A stretch of 59,036 bases of DNA, counting the filler, from Sphacelaria rigidula (lineage: Eukaryota): the NCBI GenBank assembly GCA_964200075.2. It is 7 parts of 7 records of this genome, joined end to end, with 100 filler letters (N's around TTAATTAATTAA, not from the genome) between each part and the next. Parts side by side here need not be neighbours in the genome. Positions count along the whole stretch, not along the records: positions 16,899 to 25,246 come from CAXNAA020011437.1; positions 25,347 to 33,694 come from CAXNAA020011438.1; positions 33,795 to 42,142 come from CAXNAA020011439.1; 4 more parts are not named here. One strand, written 5' to 3'. Under the pieces are notes generated by a model. That model worked only from the letters and a program-made list of their open reading frames with translations, made no database searches and had not been told where the DNA came from. Made by a program: the position numbers and the translations under genes. This document shows positions 23,801-35,994 of the stretch, one piece after another. The first letter of the stretch is position 1. Every line of letters starts with the position of its first letter.

Positions 23801-24283
23801 AACCAACAACAGAGACGCGGGAAAATGGTGTTTTGATTTTAACGGTGGGCTCTACCTGCTGATGCATGTTACATGCGTGAAGAGTCTCAAGGTAGCCCAA
23901 TTATTCCACGATACGACCATGAAGGCGAGGTGTGATGACCATGACGATGCCGAGGTAGTGCTACGATGTCCTCATAAAAGTGCCACGGCCCTGTCATGGC
24001 AGTGTCATCAAGGTATGATAATTTCATGATTGTTTCACGGGACTATCACAGTGTTTTTTTGCCGCTTCCATGAGTGGCGTCTTCTGTGGCAATGCTATGC
24101 CGTATTGGGACATATTCACGATACTACCGTGGTACAAGGCTGGCACGAGGGCAATGAAATTTCCACGGTGCAATGATGGCGCTGTCAGTGAGGCGAAGAA
24201 AACCCGACGGCAGTTCTATTACCCCTACGGTACCATCACGAGCTCCCTTGAAAGTACTGTGACAACGTTGAGGGAGGGCTTAC

Positions 24284-24395
24284 TATTGCGGCCGTTAACG
24301 TCAATCTTTCGCGCAGATAAGCTGGAGCAGAATCCAGCCAGCACGAACCAGTCACCACATACACCATGGGAAAAGGGCATGGGGGGGGCTTTATA
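24284..24395 (-). CDS. Putative upstream exon of GT2-like gene
   Basis: CATAG| ... ATA|GTAAGC, 112 bp, phase 2-0. IKPPPCPFPMVYVVTGSCWLDSAPAYLRERLTLTAAI. Phase-compatible with both neighbours. Confidence 0.45.
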
Positions 24396-24681
24396 CTATG
24401 TACGGCGACACGACGTTGCAGTATCTTCTCTGTACTCTGTATCAGATGGGAAACAGCACATACTGGGCGATAGACCGCACTGACACAAAGAGTACTGCAT
24501 ACAGTATTGGATCTCTATGCTCCATTACAAGCGCTAAATTCCATTCTGGACGGAGTACATTTTCTGCCATCGTAATCCACTGTCCAGGGTTTGAAAAACA
24601 ATCAAGTTGGAACCTGTGTAATTGAACAGAAGGGTAGCTACAACTGCGCGACGGAGACGCCTATCCTACAGCCTTCAGTAC

Positions 24682-24736
24682 CGCCCGCTTTGAACTGATG
24701 GTTCTGGTAAGTAGTCGGTATGCGAACCATCCAGTG
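24682..24736 (-). CDS. Putative upstream exon of GT2-like gene (5' end not in contig)
   Basis: Pyrimidine-rich acceptor TTTTCTTCACTTTACCACACCCGTAG|, donor CG|GTACTG, 55 bp, phase 1-2. Confidence 0.35.
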
Positions 24737-25246
24737 CTACGGGTGTGGTAAAGTGAAGAAAAATTGTCCTCCTGGTACATCTTTTCCGAGAAGAAAAACA
24801 AAAATATGAACGGCTAGGGCAGTGCACGCGACCAGTAGGAAATACGCCGGTGTGCGTTGGAATATAGAAAAATACGCACGCGTGTAGTCGACTCTGTCCG
24901 ACCAACAGAGCATGAAACAGCAGGGCATCGTACACGGGAGGGTAGGTCGCCCGTTAGGTGTGTTGTTTGCAGCCCCGATGACGACATGTATTGATCACCA
25001 TTACGCCAAGAAAAATCAATCCATCCGTTAACAGTGGATTCTCGAAAATGGGGTTGAAAAACAAAATGAGGTTCGACTCAAGAGTCGTGCTTTCCCTGAC
25101 CTAAATTCATGACAAAATGACCTTTATGTGGACCACCCCATCCTTCTCGACCTCCCTAAAACTATTTCGAGGGATTTCCAGCCTTCCGTTCCCCCAAAGG
25201 GTATGTGCGAAAGCACGATTTTGGTGACAAAAAACGTCCTTTTTTC

Positions 25247-25346
25247 NNNNNNNNNNNNNNNNNNNNNNNNNNNNNNNNNNNNNNNNNNNNTTAATTAATT
25301 AANNNNNNNNNNNNNNNNNNNNNNNNNNNNNNNNNNNNNNNNNNNN
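25247..25346. other. Artificial contig spacer
   Basis: N44-TTAATTAATTAA-N44. Confidence 0.99.
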
Positions 25347-25439
25347 ATGGGGATTCATTCATCACGAGTCAACTTAGCATACTAAAACCAAGTAATTTAC
25401 TGACGAATCATTATTTGTCCTAATCGTGGATATTTTCGC

Positions 25440-26917
25440 ATCCGCGCTGATAGCTCCACCAAGCTAGATGAACTTCCCCGTCTGCTTATACCGTTGACCA
25501 GCAGCTTTGATATCCAGGGTGGCCTCCGTGGGACTAGTTACTGACCAAAGGCTCATGGACACTGTCCGCATGGACTCTGTCTTTTTCTCGGAGACCGTCA
25601 GGCCGAATTCCTGGCAGGTCATCACTATCACGGCCATCATTCGAGCAAGGTCTTCTGAGGTCTCCGAGGCTATGCCGGCATCGTCCGCATAAAGTATCGC
25701 CCACACCGCGCGTCGCACCTTTTCGACCGGTGTCTTTTCCACGGATTCAAGCACTTTGGCGCCTAAATTCATACTGCTCTCCCGGGAAGACATCTGTTTC
25801 CTCACAAAATCACCGAGCTTGTTGGCTACGATTTTGAGTAGAACTTTAGCAGTATGTGCCACAGGTGAAATGCCTCTGTAGTTACGACATGGGTCCTATA
25901 TTGTTTTTTGTGTAGCACATTGATGGTGAAAAATTTCCATTCTTGCGGCACCTCGCCAGATGTCCAAACCGCAGAGACGATGCTGTGGAAGTGGTACAGA
26001 ATGTCCGACGCCTCCTCGTCAAGTCCAAGATTCAGAATTTCAGCAGGAATACCATCCGGACCGGTTGCTTTGCCGTTCGACATAGCTCTCAGAGCCTCCT
26101 TAGTTTTATCTGGGCTTGGTGAGTCCCCCAGTGAAAGCGCTATTGGTCGTTGAGCAATCTTCTCGATGACGGTGCGGTCGATAGTTGCCGATATGGCGTT
26201 CAGCAATGTAGAGAAGTGCCGTTTCCATCTCGCACTGATCAAACCTTTGTCCCGCAGTGAATTGCCGTTTTTATCTCGAATGTACTATTCACTCTCGATT
26301 GGTCGTCCAGACAGTCTCCACCCTCCGTTGAGATGTTTGTACCATCCTCTCACGTCCCCCGCTCGAGTATACTCCTCTAGTTCTCTAGCATACACATCCA
26401 TATATTTGTCCACCCCAACTTGGATCACCTCTTTGATTTTTTCGCATGCTGGTCGCAATGTGCGCCATGCGACTTTATCTCGAGATGATCCCAGTCTCAC
26501 CGTTGATCTCGCCCTTTCCATCTCCATCCAGGCCTGTTCGAATTCCGTTCTGATTTCAGCATTCTCGAACCACCCCGGTATACGTGGCTTTCGGGCCAGA
26601 CGCGGTACCAGCTTTTCAGCGGCGCTCAAGAGTACGTCGGCAAAGTTCGTAGCCAGTGAAGTGACTGTACCACCAGGTATACTTTGTTTGAGCTCGTTGA
26701 TGATGAGCTGGGTGAGCTGCTCACGTCTGTCGGGGTCAGATACTATTGCCCGTCTGTCGATCGGTGTACGCCCAATTGGGATTCGTCTAGGTCTGTTGTG
26801 TGCGAAGCGACCAAGGAGCCGCGCGTACACGATGTTGTGGTCAGAGTCCGGCGAGTTGGGGATTGAAGGTGGAATTTGACATTACGAACAAGCTTGCGGT
26901 GATCTTGCCGTGTGATG
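25440..26917 (-). mobile_element. RTE-clade LINE 1, 3' portion (end of endonuclease plus RT, internally deleted, decayed)
   Basis: [56 protein letters not shown] motifs between LKIVAN and YADD are missing. Confidence 0.9.
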
Positions 26918-29900
26918 CGGTGTTATTCCTTTTCAATATTATCGAGGCATGTTTCTGAGTGTATAATGAATCATCCACGGCAAAACACTTTGAGACGGTC
27001 ATGCTCCAAGACCTAACATACGGTGTCGAAGGGAGCAGACGTTTTGGTGGGAGAGGGCTCCACATCAGCACGGATAACTGGCACTACAGAGGTCGGGTCG
27101 CGCATATCTCGGCTGGAGGGGTCAGAAGGTATGTCGCTGGATGGTTGGGAAGCATTGGTTGTCCGATACATGTATGTCTCACGGTAGTCACGACAATGCC
27201 GTGAATCGATCGCCTGTGGTCCGCGTATACTTGCTGCGTACCGTCTGTGCACTCAGTTTTCTGTACATGTTGCTTGGGTTGTTGTCCGTCGGTCGCGGCG
27301 ATCGAGCGCTGGTCTGGAAGGGACATGGGTGCAACTGCAACGATCAGAGGACGACACCCGATTGTACAGTCTGCGCCGTAGGACTCAAGCGTTTTTGCTC
27401 CAACCCGGAATCCGGTCGGTGTCCATCTCCGTTTCCGAGCCGCAAATTGCAGATCCGGCAACGTTCTGATGTCGTCGCCGCATGATGCCGTTCGGGCTGG
27501 TGTGTCGGCAAGTTGTTCTCTCATGTTCATTGGATATATGTGAGCTCCGGCACACAAGCGACCTGTATGCATCGTTGGATCTTCCGGGTCTTCGGACCAA
27601 CCAACAGGGGGGCTACACTCTTGTGGTCGTTGAGTTTTGGCCTTTTTTGGTGGGGTAAAATTTTTACCGAAAATGGCTATGGTTGTGACTGCTCGGCGTA
27701 ACTTGTGCTGAGACGGCGGTACGGTCACCACTTCACAAAAAAAGCTCACCACTTCACAAAAGAGGGTCAACAGGAAAGCAAAAAAGGGTAAAATATAACT
27801 TTTTAACAGAGGGCAAGGTGTACCCTCCTGTTTTGCTTACAAAAAAGGGTACTCCCACAGGCTGTCATTTTCGGCGCCGTAGTTCAGCCCAGTAACACTT
27901 GTGAAAATGAAAAAAAATGGACGGGTATGCTGCCCAGACACCTTGGGCGTGGAGCTGAGGTGCTGGAACATGTTTTCGAGGTGTTCAGCCCGCGTGCAGC
28001 GCGCCCCAAAGCGAAAAAAGCAATACCCTTTTTTGTTCCAGAAGTACTAGTGTGTACCCTTTTTTGTTGTATATTTCCCTTTTTTCATTGCACCATTGTT
28101 ACCTGAACAGGTGTGATGGCAGGGAACAATTGTGGCGTAAATAGGAATTGAGTTGGATTGAATCCATCATTGAATTTCACGATGGAGATTTGCATTGTGC
28201 ATGACACCCCGCAACATAGAACATTCGCGTCCGCTCCGATTCGTGGAATTGCAACTGTATTTCTCAATCAACTGCTTGCGATTACGAAGCACCATACGCC
28301 CCACCAATTAAGATTCCAATGTACGATCGTTTGGGGTCTTGTGGGAAAAATCAATGAGGGGGAGTTGAGGCGAACAATTAAGGTCCAAAATGAATTTCGG
28401 TGTGGTGGAATCTAGGTAATCCGAAAAAAAATCGTCCAGTACTCCGAAATGTCGCTTGTCATCACCCTGAATTGTGTGGCGTGTGGCAGTTTTCAACAGC
28501 CACCTGTGGGCGAAGAAAATCACCATATTTTGGAAAACCATATGATGAGTGCATGGCAGTCATGTGCTTTCAAGTTATCCGCGCGGCAGTGAACGTGGCC
28601 TGTACGCTAGGTTCCGTTTACGATCTGTACCAGGCACGACAAGTTCCGTGCAGGAGGAAAAAGTGCAACCGGGTACCTTTCGTAGGGCCTACTGTACGGA
28701 CTGTCCTGTGCCGAATATGCCACAGTTATAGTTGCGTCCAATGACAATGAATTACTATGACCCACCGTTGACGGGGTGCGACTCCTGTCCGCATGTTTGA
28801 CACACCGTCGATGCGACGATCACGGTCCACCCCCGCGCCGGACGTCACCCATACTGCTTCTGCTATCACCGTGTATGCCATCGAGCGCAGGTTGGAAGGA
28901 TTGGAGCGGAGGAACAGTGCCCGTCGGTGAAGAGGGTCCTCCAGCTCCAGTAGCAAGACCGGTACCTCACCATGTTGTCGGTGTAACCAGATGGTAGCGC
29001 GGCAGACAGTGAGGAAGAGTCGGATGCTGAGAGCTTGCCGGAGCCCGGGGACCTGTGAGCGGGTGGGAGCACCCACGTGCAGCGGCGTGGTGAGCACCCG
29101 ATGGTTTCTGTATTTTGCAACATGTACACTGAGCTAGGATGGTATCAACGTACATGCCGGGAGCAAGACGGCACAGAACATCCCCCGGTGAACGACACGC
29201 CGTGTCCGTATCACCCGGTATAGAGTAGTCGAGGATTGTGTCCTGTACCCCACCTGCGTCTTGGAATACCTGTCGCCCGTAGGACTCCCGGATGCTGACG
29301 AAGCACTCATTACTTTCAATCCAATAAATAAATTCATCGTGGAATGATCAGCACTAGTACCGATTTTGTTGGCGTTATCACCATTAGTAGTATTTCCGCG
29401 CATAAGGCACTTTTCTCCAAACAGTGGTCACAGACGTATCGTGGTATGTCGATATCATGCCCCGGCATCTGTGGCAAGACGTCAAAATGGAGTCTTGTAT
29501 TCACAGACTCCGGTACACGTGAAAATAAAAACACACGAGCAGAAAATGAAAAGAAGATGAGAACCGTCAACATACAGAGGGAGGTGCACCTCCCCCCACG
29601 TTCATCTCTGTAACGTAACGTAGGTACAAACACCTGAGTTATTTTCCGATAAAGTATAGCGGAAAAAACATAACTGGCATAAGTGTCGGGCAAGGGTATG
29701 GGACGCGTACAAAACTCACGGGAAATGTCTGGCAGGATATGAAGACTGCACAGAAAAGCGTACCCGGTCCCCTGGTAACGGTACGGAAGGCTTCCAGAAC
29801 TCATACAATAATCGGATAAGGATATGAAAGTGTTACGGAGTTTTTAGAACTGTCGGGTATCAGTATGAAAGTGTCGGGTGGTAAATGATTGCTCGATTGG

Positions 29901-32558
29901 TTTCGATTGTCGCACTTGAACTGACCCCCCAGGGATTCAGCCGTGGTCGCATGATATAGACGTGCCGACGACACAACAATAGTCAAAACCAACCCTGAGA
30001 ACCGTCAGAAATAGCAAAAAAGTAGAGCAGAACGATATAAGACTAAGACATACAAGAAAAAGTAACAGAAAAAAAAAGTGGTAATTACCCGGGAAAATGC
30101 CCCGGGTATACAGAAAACCGTACCCTACAGAATACGACCTTTGAAAACTGCACGGCGACGAGAGGAGGCGCGCGCGCATGTAACGGAAACTCGCCGCAGA
30201 TGAAATTATTTACAAAATTTCCCCACAGTAGTGAACACTGCGTCTGTCATAAAGCAACTTCATGCTGAAGTATCACCGGAATTGAAGACGCCGCACCACT
30301 GTCGCTTGTCACTGGGACTGGCGCAGGTATTCACCTCGGGCAGGTCTAACGGTTTACCTGTTGGCCATGGGACGAAGGGCGCCGCAGGATGGCAGGACGT
30401 GATGCTTGATGAGAAGAAGTGTGGCCGTAGGGACGGGGCCGATGAAATTATTCTGTAGTAACGCCGGTCACCCGGTGATTCTGCCGCGCGAATCCCAACG
30501 TCGGGACCCGGCGGCGAGTGTACTTGACGGCCGTGCTGAATGTGTCACGGTCCGCCCGTCAAGTGTGATGCCTAGCTACTTGTTGGGTGGTACAGTAGTG
30601 GCAATTGCGACGACAGATAAGGACAATTTGTGCGGAAGCGTCCAGAGCTGCGGGCCGTACGGTGCGACGGCATTCGTGCGGGGGCGGGGGCGGGTAGAGG
30701 CGAGGGTTTTGATGTAGCGCAATGGCGCCGCCATGCGGGGGCGTCATTGGTATTGTTGGCGCGGTGCTGTACGGTAACACGCATTCCAGGCTGTATCAGT
30801 CACCGAGCGGGGCGATGCATTCAACTACTTCGGTACGTTTTCACGGCACGCAACAGTTGAGACATAAGTGCGAAGGACCGCGGGGCACGCAAAACCTCTG
30901 TCGCGTTTTGCGATATGTATGCTCGTGCGGTTTGCACGGCTTGCTACCGCCAAGCGATCGCGTGCGCACCGACGATACCCTCTCTTTTCCACCCCTTCTT
31001 TTTTATTTTCGTTGTATTGTTCTCACTTTTATTCGATTTTTTTTCTGTTTTTGTATCGCATCTGTGTGACATACTTTTCGTACGATTGTTTTTTTTTATT
31101 TATTTTACCCTATGTGGGTTCTTCATCTTATGTCCGGTACAGCGCAATTCCCTGATGTCGAAACGGTTTCAACTATGAAGACAAGGACAACAACAACAAC
31201 TACAAAAACTACAACGATAAACTGGGCACATGGGCCGTGTTTTACAAACAATCCACATCCCCACGAGTATCAATATTGGATGACACTTTCTACAATAGCC
31301 CCCCCCCCAAAAAAAGGTGCATGGGTTTAGGAGGCAAAGTCTTCACGTAAATCGAAGTGGGAAAAGCCTAGCACAACGAGCAGCTGGGAATTCCCATGCT
31401 TGGGTTCGTNNNNNNNNNTGAGGCGCTTCATGCAGCCTGAACCCAAACATCAGACGCTGTATGACCATGTTTTCGTGACACTTTTGGCTGGTTTTGGGGG
31501 GGGGGCTATCGTAAAAACTGTCGGATCCCGAGCATTGGGGGGTCATAATAATGCGAGAGACCAAGGCTCCCCCCGGCCTTCGCAGCCGGTGCCTCGCGTA
31601 CGTACATTTATGCTGTGATACAAAGCGATCCCGAACTGGCCACGAAAATGCCGCCTGTACCCCGGCTGTAACGTTCCCCATAACATGGCACCAAGGATAT
31701 GAAAGCTCTCCGTATCCCAGCGCCGCTGGAATAAGCGGTGGGAAGACTCGTGCGCCGTCTTTGCTTCAAATGACCTGTAACAGTCTCTTGCACTGCACAG
31801 CACTGTCACCGTACATCATGCGGCGACGGGCTTCAATATCTTACGTAAAGTCTAAGCGATAGATATCGGTCACAATCACCTTCATCACGGAAGACAACGC
31901 TCCACGGTGTTGCAGGGACGGCACCAGGAGTACGGGTTGACTTTACTGCCGCCAGGTATGTTTCACTGCCCACGCTTCCTGTTTATTCCTGCGGTATTCC
32001 ACAGTGTAATCCAGTGTAAAAATTGTGGTCGCGATACAATCGACGTGCGATACTGCATGCAGTACACCTGCCGCGACAGATTGTTGCCCAGGTGGCGGAA
32101 ATCGCATACTAACAGCGAATGAAAGTGACGTGAAGTCCGCAAAACGCCGACGGCGTGCCTGTCGGGGAAAGGTCCAAATCTTCGCGTGGAATCATGTAGC
32201 CGCAGAATATCGAGTTGCTTGTGATGGAAGAAAAATACAACAATCTCCCCTATCATTCTCACGCCGCCGTGATGAGGAAAATGGTAAGTCTGGCACTGTA
32301 GAAGAGATGTTGCCCACTGCCGGAGCAGGTTCGCCGTGCTCCTCGGCTCAGCACACTCCCCTGTTTGGCTACTCTGCGCGGCCTCGTCTTGCTCGACACG
32401 TCGCCTAAACCCCAATGGCAACTGCTGCGTCGACACCAAGCTTCGGCTTCAACCCACACATACAGCAACTTTCAGCTTCATCAGACACCAGGTGTGCTGT
32501 GTTGAGACGCCGTTTCTAAAAAATACCGCCTCCATATTATTGAAAAGGAATAACACTG
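26918..32558. mobile_element. 5.6-kb TIR-bounded composite insertion (hAT-like termini) splitting LINE 1
   Basis: TIR C(G/A)GTGTTATTCCTTTTCAATA at both ends with GATG duplicated. Removing it restores the endonuclease motif DYIITRQDHRKLVRNV. Confidence 0.8.
31284..31520. mobile_element. MITE family C, copy 3 (inverted)
   Basis: Reverse complement of 2959-3205. Flanks TTGGATGA/TCGGATCC. Contains a 9-N internal gap. Confidence 0.85.
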
Positions 32559-33450
32559 GATGATGTAGTCAGCGCGTCTTTTGTCCGCGGGGCGATTCGC
32601 AACACCGTGGAACGTACGCGATGTGTTTCCCTTGGGGGTGGAAGAGAACGTGTTGACCAGGGAAAACCTGTTGTCGCCTGCAAATTGTATTAGAGACGTG
32701 CCATTACTGTGGTTGTATTGAGAGTCTCGGCCGTATTCTCCTACAATTGAACGTTCGTCCTCGCCTGTTCGTGCTCCAGTCCTCGCCCTAGCGTCCATTG
32801 AAATAAACAGGTGATGTTTGTGGGGGATACGGTTCACAATGCCGTCTAGCTTAGTCCAGAACACATCTCTCTCTTCTCTTGTGCTCTTGTGTCTGTCGGG
32901 GCATATGCAACTACGAACGTCGCAGCATGTGATTTAACCGCTAGGTTGAAAGTCGTCGACATGAGGCGTTCGCTGATGAGGGCCTGAGTCCACGTCGCCT
33001 TTCTGATGATCGACACCTTGACCGCCAACCCAACCCCATGTTGACCAGCCCTTCCCTTACCCCCCTCTGCCCCGCAGCAAAAGACACGGTATCCCGCCGC
33101 ACGAAATTCGGATCAACCTGGTCTCCGCGTTTCCTGTAGCCCGATGACGTCACAACCGACTCCCCGATATTTTTGCAGCACCACCTCAGCATGGCCAGCT
33201 CCGTTCTTTCCCGTGAGGGATGTGTACGGACGTTATAGGTAGCCACTGTGAGCTCCCCACTACGCGTCCTAGCTTAAGCATTCTCTCTATTCACGCGTCT
33301 TTCTCTTTGCTCTTCTTTCCTTTTTGGTCTGTTCCGCCTACTAATTTTACGCGCGATATGTTTTTCTGTCCCAATTTTTCTTTGGCACGTCTATCACGGT
33401 ACTTGCCTTGCTTGTTGATCTCGCGGGGAGAGTGCAGGTTTCCCATCCCG
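32559..33450 (-). mobile_element. RTE-clade LINE 1, 5' portion (AP endonuclease, decayed)
   Basis: ATYNVRT, ISERLM, FVVAYAPTD, ISMDARARTG, LVNTF, RADYII. Confidence 0.9.
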
Positions 33451-33589
33451 CGTCGGCCGCTATCTCCAGTCCGCCGGATCTGAGACTTACTCACACGTGC
33501 CTCATCTCCATCAACGTGCGTTCCGTGACCGTGTCTCACCGTCGGGTATAACGCTGCAGCTGCGGGGACCAAGTTGGCTCCCGTTCTAG

Positions 33590-33694
33590 TTTTTTTTTTC
33601 CCCCTCACACTTTGAACCCCTCCCCTTCCTCGGGATGAATCCGTGGTCTCAAGGGATCAATTCATCTCTCCCCCGGTACGCGCCTTTCATTCTG
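33590..33694 (-). mobile_element. SINE family B, 3' portion at contig end
   Basis: Reverse complement matches 22820-22915, with poly-A at 33590-33599. Confidence 0.75.
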
Positions 33695-33794
33695 NNNNNN
33701 NNNNNNNNNNNNNNNNNNNNNNNNNNNNNNNNNNNNNNTTAATTAATTAANNNNNNNNNNNNNNNNNNNNNNNNNNNNNNNNNNNNNNNNNNNN
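33695..33794. other. Artificial contig spacer
   Basis: N44-TTAATTAATTAA-N44. Confidence 0.99.
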
Positions 33795-33982
33795 CCGCCC
33801 CGGGGGGGTTAAACCCCCCCCCCCCCCCCCGGGGGGGGGGGGGGGGGGGGGGGCAAAGTAGAACTGATGATATTGAGAGACAGAGAGATCGAAAAGAGAT
33901 AGGAAGAGAACATGACCCACTATGGCAGTCTAAGGATTGACGCTTCGATTTCTACTGGAGATATGTCATATATACACTATTC

Positions 33983-34227
33983 AGCCGGTCGCCCGGGTGG
34001 CTCAGTTGGGAACCACGAAACCTTCTGGCGATTGGGTTGCGGGTTCGAATCCCCGAGCAATGTGGGATTTTTTCTCACACAGTGCCCAACAATGAAGGGC
34101 GACAACGTCATGAGTACACAAAAATTAACTTCATGCTCGACGAGGGAAAGGGACCGCTGGACTCATCTCGTGATGAAAAATGAAGGCAAGCACCGCAGAA
34201 GTAAGCTGGGATTAAAAAAAGAAAAAA
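33983..34227 (+). mobile_element. tRNA-derived SINE family A, near full length
   Basis: A box TGGCTCAGTTGG, B box GGTTCGAATCC, non-tRNA body and A-rich tail. Homologous to 1-72. Confidence 0.75.
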
Positions 34228-34308
34228 TCGAATTGTTTTGGGGAAAAAAACTTTTTGAGAAATATGCGAGCAGACTTCTTTACCAGGTCAGACAATAGGT
34301 CAATTTAA

Positions 34309-34409
34309 CCCTTCGACCGCGATCAGATGTCATCTGTTGAAAATCGGCATCAATGTCACATGAAAAAATTGTACGTGACCCACATGGACTACCCCTCGCG
34401 GCCAAGGGG
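34309..34409. mobile_element. Minimal piggyBac-like MITE
   Basis: TTAA|CCCTTCGACCGCG ... CGCGGCCAAGGGG|TCAA. Confidence 0.55.
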
Positions 34410-34890
34410 TCAAGACTTACATAGATTTCTATGAAAATCCAGCGTCGGATTTTTTTCGGCAAGTTTTTCTGGGGCAACTCGGGGGGGGATCCAAATTTCC
34501 GCGAAAAGTAAAACAAATCTGAAAAACAAATGCCCCGTTAATAAGACGCCTTTCATAGTATGGCAGCGGATATATACCCCCGCCACACTTTTGCTATCTC
34601 ACAAAGGAGTTGGCGAGGGCGACAATCTTAACGTCGAGGTTCCGTGTGCATTGCCCATGTGTATCCAAAGCTTGTGGTCGTTCTACTCTGTTAGTTTGAT
34701 GTCGGGGACGGAGGGAATATTCCTGCAATTTTTACGCACGAAATCTAAGCACCGCCATTGGACCCACACCGTCCGTTCTAGCAAACAAACAAGCCATACG
34801 TTCACATAGTACCTGCTGCTATTTGCATCCAAGTACAACTATGATTTCGTCGCCCTTCAAGAAACCCGTCGCGACGGAAGAACAACCTCC

Positions 34891-35100
34891 TGAGGGCAGG
34901 TCGAGTAGAGTATACTCAATTGCGGGGTATTCTGAAAGTCGTTCTCACACACAAGTTGGGGATAGGGTTTTAGGGATCGCTTTTCAGTTATTTTTTGGGG
35001 GTACGACTCCCAACACTGACACTCTGCCCTGATTTGAGTACCTCAAGTACGTATTTCAAAATACCCCGCAAGTGAGTATGCTCTACTCGACCTGCCCTTG
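34891..35100. mobile_element. MITE family F (8-bp TSD), copy 1, inside LINE 2
   Basis: TIR of about 40 bp, AGGGCAGGTCGAGTAGAG(T/C)ATACTCA. TSD CAACCTCC/CAACCTTC. Confidence 0.85.
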
Positions 35101-35203
35101 CAACCTTCCACGCACAAGCAGAAGGATACATCGTTCACTAAAGCGGCCACTGCAATAGAGACGGGGGTAACCCGGGAGTGGTCGGAGTCGGCCTTGCCAT
35201 TAA

Positions 35204-35994
35204 CCCGTTTGGGACCGGAGCGGACTAACCAGTGGCGAGGGAACTTTTTGAATCGGCATCATTTTTCACGTGAAAACGAGTCAAAGAGATGCCTATCCAC
35301 AAATTGTCTGTGCGTGCAAACCAGGGGTCCATCCCTTGCCACGAGCCGGGCCAGCCAACAATGGGTGGTTTTCTCACTCAGGCGACGCACGGCGCAATAT
35401 TAGGAGTTGGACACTGAAAGTTCAACAGCAGCTTCTATGATCGACATGCAGAACATCCCGTGAGCAGCAAAGAGAAAAAAAAAAAAAACAGGAAATTGTG
35501 GGGATTTGAAATTTCAGATAAAAAAAAGATAATTTCATAAGTCCAGCAAAAAAAAACGAGAATTCGCGGCTGCTCATGGGACGTAACATTTCCTTGGGGT
35601 GCAGAAGGTCTTGGTGAAATTTCAGGTCAAGAGTCGTCGAATTGGGCAGTGTGTGCAACGTTTTGCGTGACGCTGCTGCACCCCACATTTACTCCGTGCG
35701 GGGTGATTGCTGACGTGAACCCACCGCATGAAGGACAAAAAAAAAAGAGCCCTCCGACACGCTGTGGCCCAACGATATGAGGCGCACCCCGTACTCTATG
35801 CAGTACGATAACGTCATCGGCAATACGACGCCGATCGAACAGCGACGCAGTCTTTCATCACCAGGTGGGTCTGCAGTTCACAGTGATACGCTTACATCGG
35901 GTTCATTCGGGAAACTGGGAAAGCTGTGGTGTGAGCAACTTTCAGCCGTTTTTAAGCTGGCCCAGCTCACAGTTGGAGTCCGGCCCCAAAAGGG
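35204..35994. mobile_element. Non-autonomous piggyBac-like element inside LINE 2 endonuclease
   Basis: TTAA|CCCGTTTGGGACCGG ... CCGGCCCCAAAAGGG|TTAG. It interrupts the LINE right after GVGLAI. Confidence 0.75.

Noticed and set aside
31863..32010. Plus-strand hAT catalytic-like motif (EDNA...CFTAH)
   Set aside because: It contains a stop and conflicts with equally weak similarity on the opposite strand, so it is likely chance.
33795..33853. Long C/G runs as a G-quadruplex or hairpin element (also 8525-8548)
   Set aside because: They sit at contig starts, where low-quality sequence is likely.
33983..34055. tRNA gene (also 1-72, 41979-42048, 22597-22672)
   Set aside because: A and B boxes are present, but there is no proper acceptor or anticodon stem, and the copies continue into non-tRNA bodies with A-rich tails. 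These are SINE heads.
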